NCBI RefSeq assembly: GCF_032062105.1
Contig: NW_026928409.1
Coordinates: 124,001 to 188,000 of the forward strand
Length of the DNA stretch: 64,000 nucleotides
Reading direction: 5' to 3'
Source: Saccostrea cucullata
Lineage: Eukaryota
Of this stretch, positions 28,736-42,533 are shown piece after piece. The notes beneath the pieces are model-generated. The model did no database searches, was not told the DNA's origin, and saw only the letters and a list, made by a program, of their open reading frames with translations. How positions within the stretch are numbered: position 1 is the stretch's first letter; the number at the start of each line of letters is the position of its first letter. A program made the translations under genes and the position numbers.

Positions 28736-30399
28736 AATGAGCAAAGACCACCTTTATCCAAAATTATCTAAATGGAATGAAGAGCAGTCATATCCAAATA
28801 AAATTATTCAAAAGTTGTTTTTCTGGTTAGGGTGGTCTTTGGCAACAAATTGTCATCTTAGGTGGGTACCTCAATATTTATTATATATTCCATACAAACT
28901 GGATAATTTTTATATTTATCATATGAGGGAACTATTAACATTGGCATATCATTGTTGTGTGATTTGGTTTTATGCATGTATAAACTAAGATTGTATAAAA
29001 AAATTTAGGTTAAGCAATGTCATAAAAAAAATCACTAGTAGTGTAGGCGAAAATGCCTATCAAATGCGCTATGGCTCTTTCTGGGTACTGTTGCGGGCTG
29101 GGGTGAGGTTGGGGGGGGGGTCTGCAGAGATTCAAAATTAAAAAATACTTGATACACAACATATGAAGAGGGTCAAGTGATGCAATGCTGGATCCAACTG
29201 TAAACACATGTATGCTTTATTCTTTTTCTTCTATTTTTGAGCATATGGACGAGAACTTATAAAAACTTTCCCCCTCAGGCTTAATCCTTTTCATACAGGC
29301 GTAAGATAAATAATTATAAACAATTTTTCGCAAAAGGCTCCATATGTCGGTTATAATAGAAAATAATTTACAGTTATTTCAAAAAGAATAATTAATTTTA
29401 TAAAATTATACAATCAGCTTAAGTTTTTGGTCTGAGTCGTAAGTTCTTTTGTAAAACAATCCTCTGGTGTATATCTTTTCCATATATAGTGAGCTGCTTT
29501 AGTCTTTAACTGAACATTACAATCAAGTATTTTGTTTCTGCAGTAAATGTAAATAGAGATCGAATTCAATGTTAGGTTATATTTTACACTATCCACAAAT
29601 AAAGGACCAAAATATGATTATAAACAGAAAACAAAAGGTATATGTAAAGACTACAGGAAACCAGAGAATTACATGTACCCTTTATCGATCTTTCATGTAG
29701 TATTAAACTCCACACTTGGGATAAGGAATTTCTTTAAATCATATAAGGCGTTTTTTTTTTATAAGTTAAGACTAACAATATTAAAAATATCTTTCTTTTA
29801 TATACAGAAAGAACCGCTGTATTTCATTTCCGACATTTCGTTATTTTATTTCCGACAATTACTTTTTTTTTCTCGACATTTATTTCTTTTCATTTCCGGA
29901 ATTATTGCTAGGTACCTCTCCGGCAATTTAATGTTTAACAGGTACATGTACGTAGAAAAGGAATTTTGAAAAAAATTATTATACACAACATTTTTAATAT
30001 AAAAATTCTGTATATATACATCTGTATTTGAAGCACTAAGTCTAGTTAACAGAATTTTTTTTCATTCATTTTGTTCACTAAATTAAGTGTCAAAGACTGC
30101 GCCGAACTTATGTCCAAGACATTTGATTTACTAAACAGTCTATAATTTATTCTTTAAAATTTTCCATTACCGAAATTTAAATCAATTGCGTTTCATGTAT
30201 AGATATCAGAGATTTAAAACAATGACCGATTCTGATCGACTCGGAATTTAAATATCAGACACAGTTTTAATTCAATTAGTTTGAATTTAACTAATAGAAA
30301 CGTCGGTATATTTAAGTTCAATATCGGTAAAAATTTTAATTTGAACATAGATATCACATCTCATGTAAATTATTATACGCTTAATCTAGTATTTTTAAA

Positions 30400-30887
30400 T
30401 TTTAGCTCTGATTATGATACGCCATATTTAGCTATACAATTTTAATTAAACTAAGAACAGCAAATCATCGTCTTCCAGTTGAGACTGGGAGATGGTTTGG
30501 AATTCCCAAAAATGATAGACAATGTAATCTTTGTAATAATGGACAAATAGCTGATGAGTATCACTACATTTTAGAATGTAAATATTTTTCCGAATATAGA
30601 AAAAAATATCTTCCTAGTAAATATTGTAATAGACCAAATTTTTTCAAATTCTCAGAATTGTTGTCATCTGCTGACTACAAAGTATTAATTAAACTATGCA
30701 GTTACATAAATAGAGTATATGAAAAAGTCTGTCCTCCATAATTATTTATGTTACTTTATTTGAATGTATTTCCGCCATTTCACGTGTATCTTGTATTTTA
30801 TTTTTTGTATATATTGTACATATATTGTTGAACCTCATGTACCATTGATATGGTTTGAGAGAATAAATTGAACTTGAACTTGAACTT
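30400..30887 (+). mobile_element. 5'-truncated LINE (3' end of ORF2 with Cys/His motif and tail)
   Basis: LIKLRTANHRLPVETGRWFGIPKNDRQCNLCNNGQIADEYHYILECKYF...VCPP* (stop 30739-30741), then AATAAA and a (TTGAAC)n tail. Confidence 0.8.
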
Positions 30888-31909
30888 ACGTTTATACTTA
30901 TTACAAATGTCGCAGTTTTGAAGTGTACGCATGAATAGTTTTTTCCTTGGCCTAATTTATTAATTTAAAAACTTCAAATCTATTGATATATAAAGCTAAC
31001 ACATGACCATTAGGTTCACCGACCATTCAATGACAGCGCCATCTGCCGCGGGCTCTACCTGTGGGTACCTGTCAGGTAAACAAATACGTCACACCCCATT
31101 GTTTTATTAGCTATACACACCGACAGATTTCACACCTTGAATCGTACTAATTTACACAAAGTAAATTCTAAGGAAAAACAAACACTTGCACAATAATTGT
31201 GGCATTATTTTTAAAGAAATTATGGTCCTAAACGGCAATACTCAAACCACACTAAACGAGTAGATTCTTGTCTAGAGATACGTGTATGTTGTACAAAAAA
31301 TAAAACACAATAGGGTAAATCCTTCTTATCAAATAGTATATTAAACTGATTCTCTTTAATATCATATGTTAAAGTCAAGATTAAAACATTTTGCATCACC
31401 CGGACCTTAAAACGTAGGGGGACCTTTTCTTATACGGGCCGGACCATTTCTTATAAAAGGCGGACCTAATATGTTATCATATTTGGTCCGGTCGGACCTT
31501 TAAACGAGGCGGACCAAATATTATGCGACACCGGCAAGCACCTTTCTTTATATAATTGAGAATTAGATAACTCGATCGTGCCGAAACAAGGAGAGATATC
31601 TGCGCCCAAAAATATTGCACTTCATTTCATTATCTCTACATTTTATGAACAAAACTAATTTTATCTTGTCATAAATAAATCAGACTTAATACATGTCTAC
31701 CTCCTCTGTGCTGGAACTGTTTGTAAATTCCGTTATATGCAGGTCACGATTTGTAATTAAGTAATTATGTAAGAAATAAGGCATAAGATTTAAGTCAAAA
31801 TCTTTAGATGTAAGACAATTTCCTTTTAAGGCGTCTGTACTTTTAGTATCATACAATTAGTTTTACCGTGTATTAGTACGTAGTGGGTTTTTTTTGGTTG
31901 TTTTTTTTT

Positions 31910-32325
31910 GTGTGTGTGTGAAACACCGATGCCCCCGTATAGAAGCTTGTAGAGAGGTTTGAATTTTCTCAAATGCATACCACTTTAAGGTCATAAGGTC
32001 AAAATTGTTTGTTCTCAAAGGAAGGTCTTTTCACAAGTAAAGCAACTGAAAACTATGAAAGCCCTTGCTCTATCTGTTCAAAAGTTATAACCAAAGATAC
32101 ATAGTGTGGTAACTTTTGTAAAAGTGGGTTAAACTCCAAGGTCAATGTCAAGAGATCAAATTAAGTGGTACCCAAAGAAAGGTCTTGTCACTAGGAATAC
32201 CCCTGTGAAATATAGAATAGCCTCACCCACTCAAAAGTTACGAGCAAGGTTAATTTTTCTGCAGACGGACAGAGAGGACAAAAACTATATACCCCGAATC
32301 TTCGATTACGGGGGCATAAAAATTC
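31910..32325 (-). mobile_element. HINE/Helentron-like non-autonomous element
   Basis: Ends tgtgaaacaccgatgccccc and ccccgaatcttcgattacgggggcataaaaa; aaggtca core motifs. Confidence 0.6.
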
Positions 32326-33847
32326 GTTAAGAGAAGTAATGAATGTTTGCATCTTGGGATATTTTATTCCAGTATAGACTTTATTTTACGTTAATAAATG
32401 TACAAAATTTAGCCCTGTTTCAGATATTCTTCTTATCATTTGGTTTGTATGTAGAAAGTTAAACAATGTAAAAGATAAAGATTTCTGTATTCTTTTAAAT
32501 ATAGGTTCTATTGAATAAATCATTATTGATTTTTTTTTTTTAATTCTTTGTATAATATAAATCATATATAGTACCAATTTCGATGCACAAAATGCCCGTT
32601 TTGACAAAATTATGTCTCTTCATTTATATGCCGTTCGAATTCCGAATGAATTAAAATTAAGAATTTAAAGAGTTGAAAAAATTGGTGCCAGCGACTGAAG
32701 CCATTTACATGTACGTCGAAGGATTATAGCTTTGCAAGATGAAGAATCCTAACCTTGAAAATACGGTATACTTCTAAATTTACCACAGCAATTAAATTTG
32801 AATCCATGTTTTCAAGCTGGTAACGAAAGTACTTAGCTACTGACCTTAGGAGACCCTCGGGGAATAACAGTCTACCAACAGAGGCCTCGATACAGGAATC
32901 ATAATATATATCTTAGATGATACCAATTCTAATGCTCCAGATCCGCACGTTGACAAATTATGTCTACTCAGTAAAGCCCATGCATCAGTAATGTGTATAT
33001 TGTTTTAGTATGAATCCGTAAGATACTGACCTTAAATGATTAACTCTGCTTATGATACATAATATTTTAATAAAGCTGATTACAAAATATCATTGATGGC
33101 ATTTCCAAGAATTGGCATCTTAATTTACTCACAGCCACTGAAATGATAAAAAAGAAACATAGGTAGGGCCAACAAAATTAATCAATAGTTTCTCAGGCAC
33201 CGCCGCATCAGGTCAAAAACTTAGATAAACAATATATTTCTTGTAAACTGTTTTTCATGCATTAATGTAAGAAAACAAGAAATAAAAAAAAATTAATTGC
33301 CTGTGGTAATATGCAAATTTAAAACCTATCCTCTGCACTAAGTTCCATTTAGAAAAGGAAGGTCATTTTTCTACGAAACGAGAACTTTTTAATATGAGAT
33401 TCAAACCCTCGACGTTAATACACTTCTTGCTCCGCGGGCGACGGACAACTCTCTTAAACACTGCCACACAATATCAATATACATGTAGTAGATCATCTTC
33501 AGGAATTGTAGAACATACCCACAAGTTCTTGTACAGTGTGTATGGACGAAGCTGTAAGTTACATGGGCAGGTGAACAAGATCCTAGCTTTTTATAACCTT
33601 GACAAACTTTTGGTGGGAAGGCATCCGCACAAGGTACTGAAATATAAATGACTAGATTCCATAAAGATATATATATTTAGTAAAAAGTGAATTCAAAATT
33701 TTACCACTTCTTAATTAACAACTGACCAATACTGAAGTATAAAAATAAATATATTCAAATAAATGATTTGAAAGCTAATGCTTTTATCTTTTTCATCATT
33801 ATCACGCCAAATTTCTTGTATTTCCTTATATCAACTTCTGAAAATCA

Positions 33848-35204
33848 TTACGTACGTGGAGTTGTCGTTCTTACTGGGGCTAAATGAAGATCATCAATGC
33901 TAATATATCCACCTTTATACAGTGTTGTTATAAGATTCGCAGTGGCCTGAGACATAGCCAGCTGTAATAATGAGTAAGAGAATGAAAACATGGTTAGATA
34001 AATTTTAGCAGCTTTGATTACATATTTCTAATCAACAAATTACTTATTACAAACTACGTGTATTCGATTTAATAGATCCGACGAGAATAAAAATGATTAT
34101 GGTACAACTTTTTATTTTAAGAATGTTCGTTTTCGCAAACATAATTACTATACAGCTACCTCCGGCGTCTCCCCAAACCCTGCTACCACTATTCCGGTGG
34201 CGATATCCTTAATAGACACGGTGGTTCCTCCTCCCATTACTTTTACACCGCGACCCATAATGGTCGTCTGTAAGGAGGTGTTGAATTTCAAAAAGCAAAA
34301 TCATCAAATTTTATTGAAGTTTTTTCATAAAGAGTGTAACTGTGTACAGACAAATAAATCTTCAATGTCTGTTTAAATTCAATATTCACTGTATCCTAAA
34401 TTGTTTTCCTGACTTAACCGCCAGATTATTACTTCTGCGAAAAGAAACAATGTAAACCAAACTTCAAAATATTCTACTTATTCAGTGTTGTAAAACTAAA
34501 AATAAGCTTCACTACATTACGAGCATTCTCAACAGCTAAACATCATCATACATGTATAAATATCATGAACAATTAAAATTAACATCGTTAATAAATAAAT
34601 TAAATTTTGATATCACTACTTACATAAGGACTCTCTCCAAATAACGTATTCAGTAGGTAATTTCCAGCCGTGTTGACAAAGTTCGTGACTTGTCCGGCGA
34701 GAGCTTGTCCAAAGGCTGCTGACACTAGGGCTCCAACTTGTCGTCTTTGTGGAGCCCCATTTACAGAGAACAATACAGCCGAGAGGCTCAAGCAGAGAAA
34801 GAATACTTAAATGAATAAATAATGATAGAATTTAGTCAAGGTATTAATTCAGTCAAAATTAGAAGTCTTTGATATTCCAAGATTAACCTTTACATGCAAA
34901 ATTGTGTCATAGAACCATAGATTTACATTGTAATACTTTTGTCTAGGAGTGTACTTTCGATACAAAATATTCATGCGAGTTTTATTTGTAAAAAAATGAT
35001 ATCAACGATACAAATAATATTTTCTTATCAGTCTTTCGTCCTTAGCTTTTAAGGATATTTTGGTTTGGGGTTCTAAAAAGTTACAAAAAATGATTTTAAA
35101 AAACAATTTCCTTAAATTGTGAAACAGAGAAAAGAAAAAAATTACAACAGTTTAACAAATGCTATAGAGATTAAGAAACATCGAGACATACCTGTAATTT
35201 TCAT
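33848..35204 (-). CDS. Secreted cysteine-free protein with ALF/scygonadin-like architecture (138 aa, 4 exons)
   Basis: Exons 35204-35192, 34805-34624, 34267-34160, 33961-33848; GT-AG; in frame. MKITVFFLCLSLSAVLFSVNG-APQRR-QVGALVSAAFGQALAGQVTNFVNTAGNYLLNTLFGESPYTTIMGRGVKVMGGGTTVSIKDIATGIVVAGFGETPELAMSQATANLITTLYKGGYISIDDLHLAPVRTTTPRT*. The gene model is well supported; the family call is tentative. Confidence 0.75.
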
Positions 35205-37959
35205 ACTGACAATTATTACGATGAAAATATTCTTAGTGATTACAATATAACGTCAAAGGAAGAGTGTCAAAGATAAGACAAACAGAACTAAAGAAAACAA
35301 TCTAGGTCAGAGTCCATGTATGAAATTTTATGGTTAAAATTTTAGCTTTATTAGATGCATTCTGATATATTTGTATGCATTGTTTATCATTACTTCTACA
35401 CATTTTCCATCTATCCTTGATTACAATACTGACATGTTCATTACGAAAATGTGAAAGTACGAACAGAGATTGATCTCAAAATTCTACAGACACTACAGAT
35501 CAGCGTGAAACATGGACATCCGGAAATTTCAATGGTGGGTTCAGGTACCCAGGAGGAATTAAGCATCTCCTATTGACCGTTCACATTATCTTTGAGACAA
35601 ATCTTTTGATCAGATAGGTGGACATTTATTAGATCAATTATACGAGCAAAGGCCTAACAACTGTTATGAAAAAAGTCAGCCAAAGTACAACCAATTTTAT
35701 ATTTGCTAAAAGGTCATTTAAAGAAGCATAAACTTTAGAAAATGCTGAATTTAAACGGTGTTGAAATCCTTGATGTGTATCCTCAACTTATCCGTCACAA
35801 ACATGCCTAGATTCAAAAATATTTTAAAGTATGCTCATGATTATATAATAAATTTGTTGATTTGAACAACAATGGCAGACGATATCATGATAGCAGAAAA
35901 TATTACAACACAAGTAAAGAAAATGATGATAGAAATGCAGAAATAATTTCGTTTATCACACTGTTAAAGTTAATTGTTAGTGAAACATAATTAAGAAATA
36001 GAAGTTAGGTTTTAGTCGGCCATTATCCTTATATCAAACATTTTAAATATGAAAGAGTTTACCAGACCTGATTACATGTTCATAATGATTTGAAATATCG
36101 ATATACATGTAGAAGTTACTCATTCATGTGTATTGTTGAGCTTATATCGATAACGTTTTATCAATAACTCGAAGGTTTTTTTTTTTCTTGTACTAGTTTC
36201 TGAATAAATTTTGCTTCATAGAAATATGAAAAACAGGTAAGCAATTAAAGAACACAAATAATGTCCATCGGAATTCCAACAGTTTTTTTTCCGGAAATTT
36301 TGGCGACCGATGACAATAACAATGTTGTCAATGAAGGACTCCATCATCTCTTATGATTTTCATGATGTTTAGAAAGCTACCTTAGGTAAGAGAGGTCAAA
36401 TCCACATCTGTTGAATGGGGTTTGAAAAATATTAATCCCTAAAATGTATTTTAAAGAATTTCATCTTTTAAAAAAAAAGAGTGATCATAATGAAAATAAA
36501 TTTTTAAAACACAACTTTAATTACGCGCTTCAAAAACGAAACAAAAATGATTTTGTAACAATTTTTGTCTGTTGGAACAAAACATTGTTCTTGTAATATT
36601 TTTAATTACCTCTGATTTAGTGAGATGAGAAAGATAGATGTTTCTCATAAAACTCAATATATTTTTAATCCTGCAAATTTCCTTCAACAAATTGAAATGC
36701 AATTGTAGCAATACGGGAATAAATATCGAATAAACATTTTTAAGTTTCCCTTGACAGAAGGTTAAATATGCATAGTCAGGATTCTTTGATATTATTATTT
36801 ATTTAATCTTTTCATTTTATATACTACGGAAGGTATTGGGTTCTATCTTCGTCGTTCAGTTGAGACCTTATAAGAACAGAGGTACTGGAAAAGATCTTCC
36901 ACTGCTCAATGGAACAAAATGCCGAGTAAAGGTCTTAATTTGAAGCCCATCACCGATATGTGGTTACTTGTCCATAATAGTAAACCATTCTCGAATGGGA
37001 CGTAAAACAATTTTGTTCTTTCCCCGAGAACATTTTAAAAGCACCGTATATTGCTTTACAATAATTATCCAACTATTTCATTACTGAATTTAGCCGTTTT
37101 TTTTAGCAGTAAACAAAAGAAAAAATACTAAGAAGAATATTGAGCAGTGGTTATGCATACTTTTTAAACTGAGCATTAGTGCTTGGTAATTTGAATGTTA
37201 TGGAAAAAATAATCCAAAGATATATCCTTAGAATTTAAATGATGACATAGGAGATAGCATACAAAAAATGACGTAAAAAGAATAATTAAATTGTTTTCAA
37301 TAAATTTCGAGCCCGTATTTTTCTGCTTTTTGGAAAATGTACAGCATATTAGCATTTGAAGTAACAGTTGCTTAAAAAAATTTCACATCAAAACTACTTC
37401 GGTAACCTTGCACTCAGACATTTATCTCTTCCAATCTAATTTCTAAAGTAAAACTTTCCTAGGGACGATGATGCTTCTTCGATGACAATAACAAAATCAT
37501 CAAAAAGTTAGTATTATAATACAATTTACTAATGACGAGATAGGGAGCTATATTTACCAATCATTGCATTTTTTCTTTTCCTTTTCTTCTCTAAGGTACA
37601 TGTATATACTGTACATTACCTTCAATACAGGGCAAAAAACTTACAGATTTGCACTTGCAAATATATTGTTCATACCACTTTATAAGACAGAATAATTCAA
37701 CGCAGGAATGCACTTTACCTTAGACAATTGCAATTATTATGACTTTTTCTCCCACAAAAATATTTCTTTCGAAACAAAACACGATGTTCATAACACGTAT
37801 TCAAACGTGGAAAGAAATATATGAACCAGATCAAAAGCTTTTGCAAATAAAGTGTAATTTCTCTAAAACCAATCTTCCTTTCCTTTCAGTCGGGTCAGAA
37901 ATATATGAACTTCAAATACTTCCTCAAATTTTTATTGTTATTTTCTGCTAAATTTATAT

Positions 37960-39356
37960 TCATCCAACGACAATTCCGCCATTATGTAGATTGATGAGGT
38001 CGTCCTTAATGTTAGATATTTCACTTAGAGCTGTAAAGTAAAAATAAAAGAACATATTATGAAGTATTGAAATAGTGAAAATAACTAATGACTATTGTTG
38101 TTAAAGTATTTTGTCTTTAATATAATAAATATTTCTTTAAAAAAAATAATTGAATTCATTTAATTTAATCCAAACATTCTCGGAGGCAGTCATATCGCTG
38201 CTAATTTTTTGAATGGTTTTAATTTGCATCTTATGATGTCTTAGATTTTATGAATTGCTATATAGTATGCAGAAATTTTTTTAGNNNNNNNNNNNNNNNN
38301 NNNNNNNNNNNNNNNNNNNNNNNNNNNNNNNNNNNNNNNNNNNNNNNNNNNNNNNNNNNNNNNNNNNNNNNNNNNNNNNNNNNNNNNNNNNNNNNNNNNN
38401 NNNNNNNNNNNNNNNNNNNNNNNNNNNNCAAATTTCATATTTTTTGTTGTGTTTTTTTTTGCCCTATCCATCCTTTCATCAAGTTCATTCGCCTTTGTAT
38501 CGTCACTATATGTAGAAAGGTAATTAGTTTATAAAAGTCAAAAAGAATACAAGCAAGCTTCAATATACTTACGGACACAACTACCGGCTACTAGAACGTA
38601 TCCTTTACAGCAAACTAGGTTTTTGTTGGGACAGCTGGTGTGAATGACCTTTACTGAGTATGTTGTTTTGTATTGCGGTACCGAGCTGCAACATAATATA
38701 CACTGTTACTATATTAAGACATTATGCATAGATATAGGTCTTACTTGAAATCTTATTTAAAAATACATAGTATAGAGTCAATAATATAGTAGAAAAAGTA
38801 TAATGTTTTGCATTATTATAACTAATTATATACATATAGTAGTAGTGATGCCTGGCACATCGTGACAATCCCAGAAAGCCACAGTGATGATGAGACACGC
38901 GATCCCTGATTTGTTTAGTGTACAGAAGCTGTGAATGTGTCTGTGTGATTTTCTTTGTCGTGGCAACGTTACAACACCAATGAGCCCTGGTAATCATGAT
39001 AGAAATGGTTAGTAAAATGAAAGTTTAATCCGGTTTTGGAGTTTTTTCACCTTTTGAAGCTTTATAGGGCATTTATAGAACACCATTTAGAAAAAAAAAT
39101 ATGACTTTCTATGTGTATATACGAAAATAAGGGAATTGAAGGTTAGACTTAAGATGGAGATAAAAGAAGTTAAACGTCTTGATACACACGTCGCATTTCC
39201 ATGAAGAGTGACTGCTCGCACAACACGTTGAGCGTTTTCTGGAAGGTCCAGGATATGCATTTTGCCAAGAGCCTCTTTTTCTTTTTCACTTAGGAACTCT
39301 AGCGGATCACAAATTATGAAAGTAATGCACAAATAAAAACATAACAATCGTAGCAT
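37960..39356 (-). CDS. Secreted EMI-like cysteine-rich prepro-protein, copy B (167 aa, 4 exons)
   Basis: Exons 39356-39190, 38986-38834, 38685-38573, 38030-37960. Signal peptide, pro-piece ending RVVR, AVTLHGNATAHWCC...CGFLGLSRC...CPNKNLVCCKGYVLVAGSC, end IKDDLINLHNGGIVVG*. The last intron contains the N gap. Confidence 0.88.
38285..38428. other. Assembly gap
   Basis: Run of 144 N. Confidence 1.
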
Positions 39357-40530
39357 TTTTACCAGTTTTCAAGTTTGCTCACTATTTCCTAAACTTTAAG
39401 ATAAACACAGAGTGATTCCGAAAGTGTAGGTGAAAAATCAGATGTACAAGGGGTCATCATGTGTGGTGTTCCCATATTGAAGTGGCTTATGTCAAAGAAA
39501 CACGTAATACCAAGATATGACAACTGAACTTTTAATTACAGTACATCGCACAAACGGACTGTTGTGCTTGACTTACTGCACTGATCTGTAATCCACACCG
39601 AACCTTATAAGTCGAACATTGTTTTCTATGACCTTCAAATCAAAACTTAAAATTCTTCATTAAAAAGCATTTCAGTTCATACATCGAATTGATGTATATC
39701 AGTGGCGTAAAATTTTACACAGAGCATAACCTATATATTTCATGTTTGAATGAGTATAAATCTTGATTGTAAATTTAAAAGTATCAGTGTTTATTTTGGT
39801 ATATTAAAGACGTAATTGAGAATACAAATTTGACAAGTTAATAGTAAACAAAACTTGGATTTTCTGGGCCTAAATAATGTTAATAAGCATCAGTTTGAAA
39901 ATCTGTGAGATGCAGGATGAAATTCTGTCATTAAAAAGAAAGGATATAATCACTTAAATTTCATATATTTGTCTGCATTCTAATTTTAATTTGTACAGTG
40001 TTAAGTAAGGAAACATGGAGCTAAAATTTACGTGTTTTAAAGACTCTGTCCTCAATATTAAGGCGAAGAAGATGTATACAATGGATTTATTTAGTACAAA
40101 ATACATGGAATTTGTTTTGACATACAAGTAGAATAGAGCTATGACCATAGAAAAAGTTCATGAATATGCTTTTGCAAAGTTAAATGGCTTTTTTCATATT
40201 TGATACTGGGTAAAAAAAAATCAAATAGACAAAAGCCATGGTGTTAGAAATAGATGCATTTAAAATACATTTATTTTCAGCTTCTTCTGTTTAGATTTGC
40301 CTTATGTTTAAATTTTAATAATTCTAAAGGTTTACGGAATTAAATGAATATATTCTGGACATTTTCGGGGGTCTGACATTTCACTTGCTCTTTAATTCCG
40401 TTTTCGTATTTGTCTTAAAATCCACTTTTAATCAGCCGAAATATACGTAGTATGTCAATAAAGTATTGATAAGATTTCAAGCGACAAGGGAGTCCTCTAG
40501 AGGTACAATATAGTTAGTAAAGCCACGATA

Positions 40531-41737
40531 ATGCTGAAATACATCGCTTTTACATTGATCGGAGTAATAATAATACAAGGGGCACATATTAATAGGAATA
40601 GACGCACTGGAACAGCGTAAGTCATGAAAACTTTCAATTTAACTATGAAAGAATATATTTCGTCTCCAGAGAGAGTACCAACATGCTGCAGTATACTGGC
40701 AACTTAGCCACATATGATCCACATATGAGTATCATGTGATTCTCATATGACTTGCCACATATGATTTTCATATGATTGTATATACATATGATTCTCATAT
40801 GATCCACATATGATCCTCATATGAAAGGTAATGCATATGTGGATCATATGTGGCTAAATTGCCTATGTATAACAAAGTTTTTAAAAATAATGAAAGTCGT
40901 GGTGGTAATTCGGATCTTAACTTTCAGTTATCTGTGCTTTCATTTCATTGTTTAGGGAACATTGGTGTTGTGGTGTGGATGTTGCACCAGTACGGAAAAA
41001 CGTGACGACAGTTGATGTAGTACCAACACAGGTAACAAAAATAGTGAATACTACATACCAGAGAGACTGCCACTTTGGAGAGACACCCACTATCGCGGAG
41101 GGACTTCTGTGTGAGGACATCGTCAGCCATGTTGTGTATGGTTTGTTAAAATATTGTGTATTTCCATAGGATGGGAGAGGCGAGTGAGGGATGCTAAGAA
41201 AACATTGAATCATTTTTCAAAGCATACATGTACTGAAAAACAAACTTTTATTCATAAATTATATTAATGATTTAAACATGTAATTATTTTGTTTAAAATG
41301 CGTTTTATAGAGAAAATTGATGAATATTTTGAACATTTTTAGAACGACGACGGAGTTAAAGGAAGTCAATAAAACAACGATTGTTGAGTACCCTGGGAAA
41401 TGTCCTCAGCACTATCTCCACTGCTGTGACGGATATGAAAAAGTAGGATCCCAGTGCTTAGGTAGGATTTCATCGCAAAGGATTTTAGCCGGAAATAAAC
41501 TTATTTAAAATATTTAAAATAATCAATTATCAAACCTTTTGATTATGATTTGTGTTGTAAATGTGCTCTTTGATTCTTTTTTACGTGTGTTCTTTCTTAT
41601 TGACATGTTAATAAATATTATATATTTTTGACATGTTACTTATATCAGTACTAGTTCTTACTTATATCATTTTTTTCACAGATCAGGGAGCATCAAGTTC
41701 CCTACAAGAACTCATAGATGCTGGCCTACTTGGATAA
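40531..41737 (+). CDS. Secreted EMI-like cysteine-rich protein, copy C (146 aa, 4 exons)
   Basis: Exons 40531-40616, 40956-41135, 41343-41461, 41682-41737. MLKYIAFTLIGVIIIQG-AHINRNRR-TGTAEHWCC...C-x13-C...CPQHYLHCCDGYEKVGSQC...SLQELIDAGLLG*. Confidence 0.88.
40698..40863. mobile_element. MITE built of CATATG modules, in intron 1 of copy C
   Basis: ggcaacttagccacatatgatccacatatg ... catatgtggatcatatgtggctaaattgcc inverted ends. Confidence 0.65.
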
Positions 41738-42533
41738 AAGATAAACATTGTATTCATTTGTGCAAAATAATGTATTCATTTGTGCAAAATGACAATTAAA
41801 AATATACCCAGAAGTTATGTTTTACTTTAATTTTTAATATTTACATTCAATGTAATTTTCTTTATGAAATCCATTAGAAATCCATGACGTTCAAATCTCT
41901 TTAACACACGTATGCGCGAAACCTTGTCACCGCGCTTTAGAATACACAGTAAGAACTAATTGCATTTTCAATACTTTAGGAACACCAAAATGTTCATTGT
42001 TTGACACAATTTAATTTTAAAAAATTAACCCTGTTGAATTAACGTAAAAATACATCAAATGTGCATTTAAAATTAATTTGTCACTTTTTTCCTCGCAATG
42101 TTCGTTTGCGTTATTTACCTTTACGACGTCACAAACGTCTATAAAGCACACCAGTTTTGGAGGGCGCTAGATTCACATCAAAGATTACCGAAATAAACAA
42201 TTATGAAGAGGAAAAATTAAAGAATGTAAATATAAGTATTGAATTCATATTTTGGGATGTCTTCGGTCCTATCGGCGCTAACGCGCGGTATTCAATTTGT
42301 CGGCACGGCCTGGTGTGTGATATAAATGAATACTATAAATATACCTTATTCATCGGGTTTATATTCTGCAGCACATTATTTTTGTTCAATCTGATGGGTA
42401 GATTACACAGATTTCTCAGATCGTCACTGTATGCTTTTAATGCACTGATTAGTATGCTGGACTGAATTTTTGCCGAAAATTTTAGACCCCGTACATAGCG
42501 TAAATTAGTATTTCGAATAAAAAAGTACTCATA

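Larger units (their letters stand above)
23388..31534. mobile_element. 8.1-kb non-autonomous TIR DNA transposon (CCGG ends; CMC/EnSpm-like, tentative) with nested insertions
   Basis: ~75-bp TIRs CCGGTGTCGCATAATATTTGGTCCGCCTCGTTTAAAGGTCCG... at 23388, reverse complement ending 31534; repeated GGTCCGCC motifs; no transposase ORF seen. Confidence 0.85.

Noticed and set aside
34390-34435. Extra exon in the ALF-like gene after a cgcag acceptor
   Set aside because: Phase-0 entry gives AAG TAA at once; skipping it gives a continuous, sensible protein.
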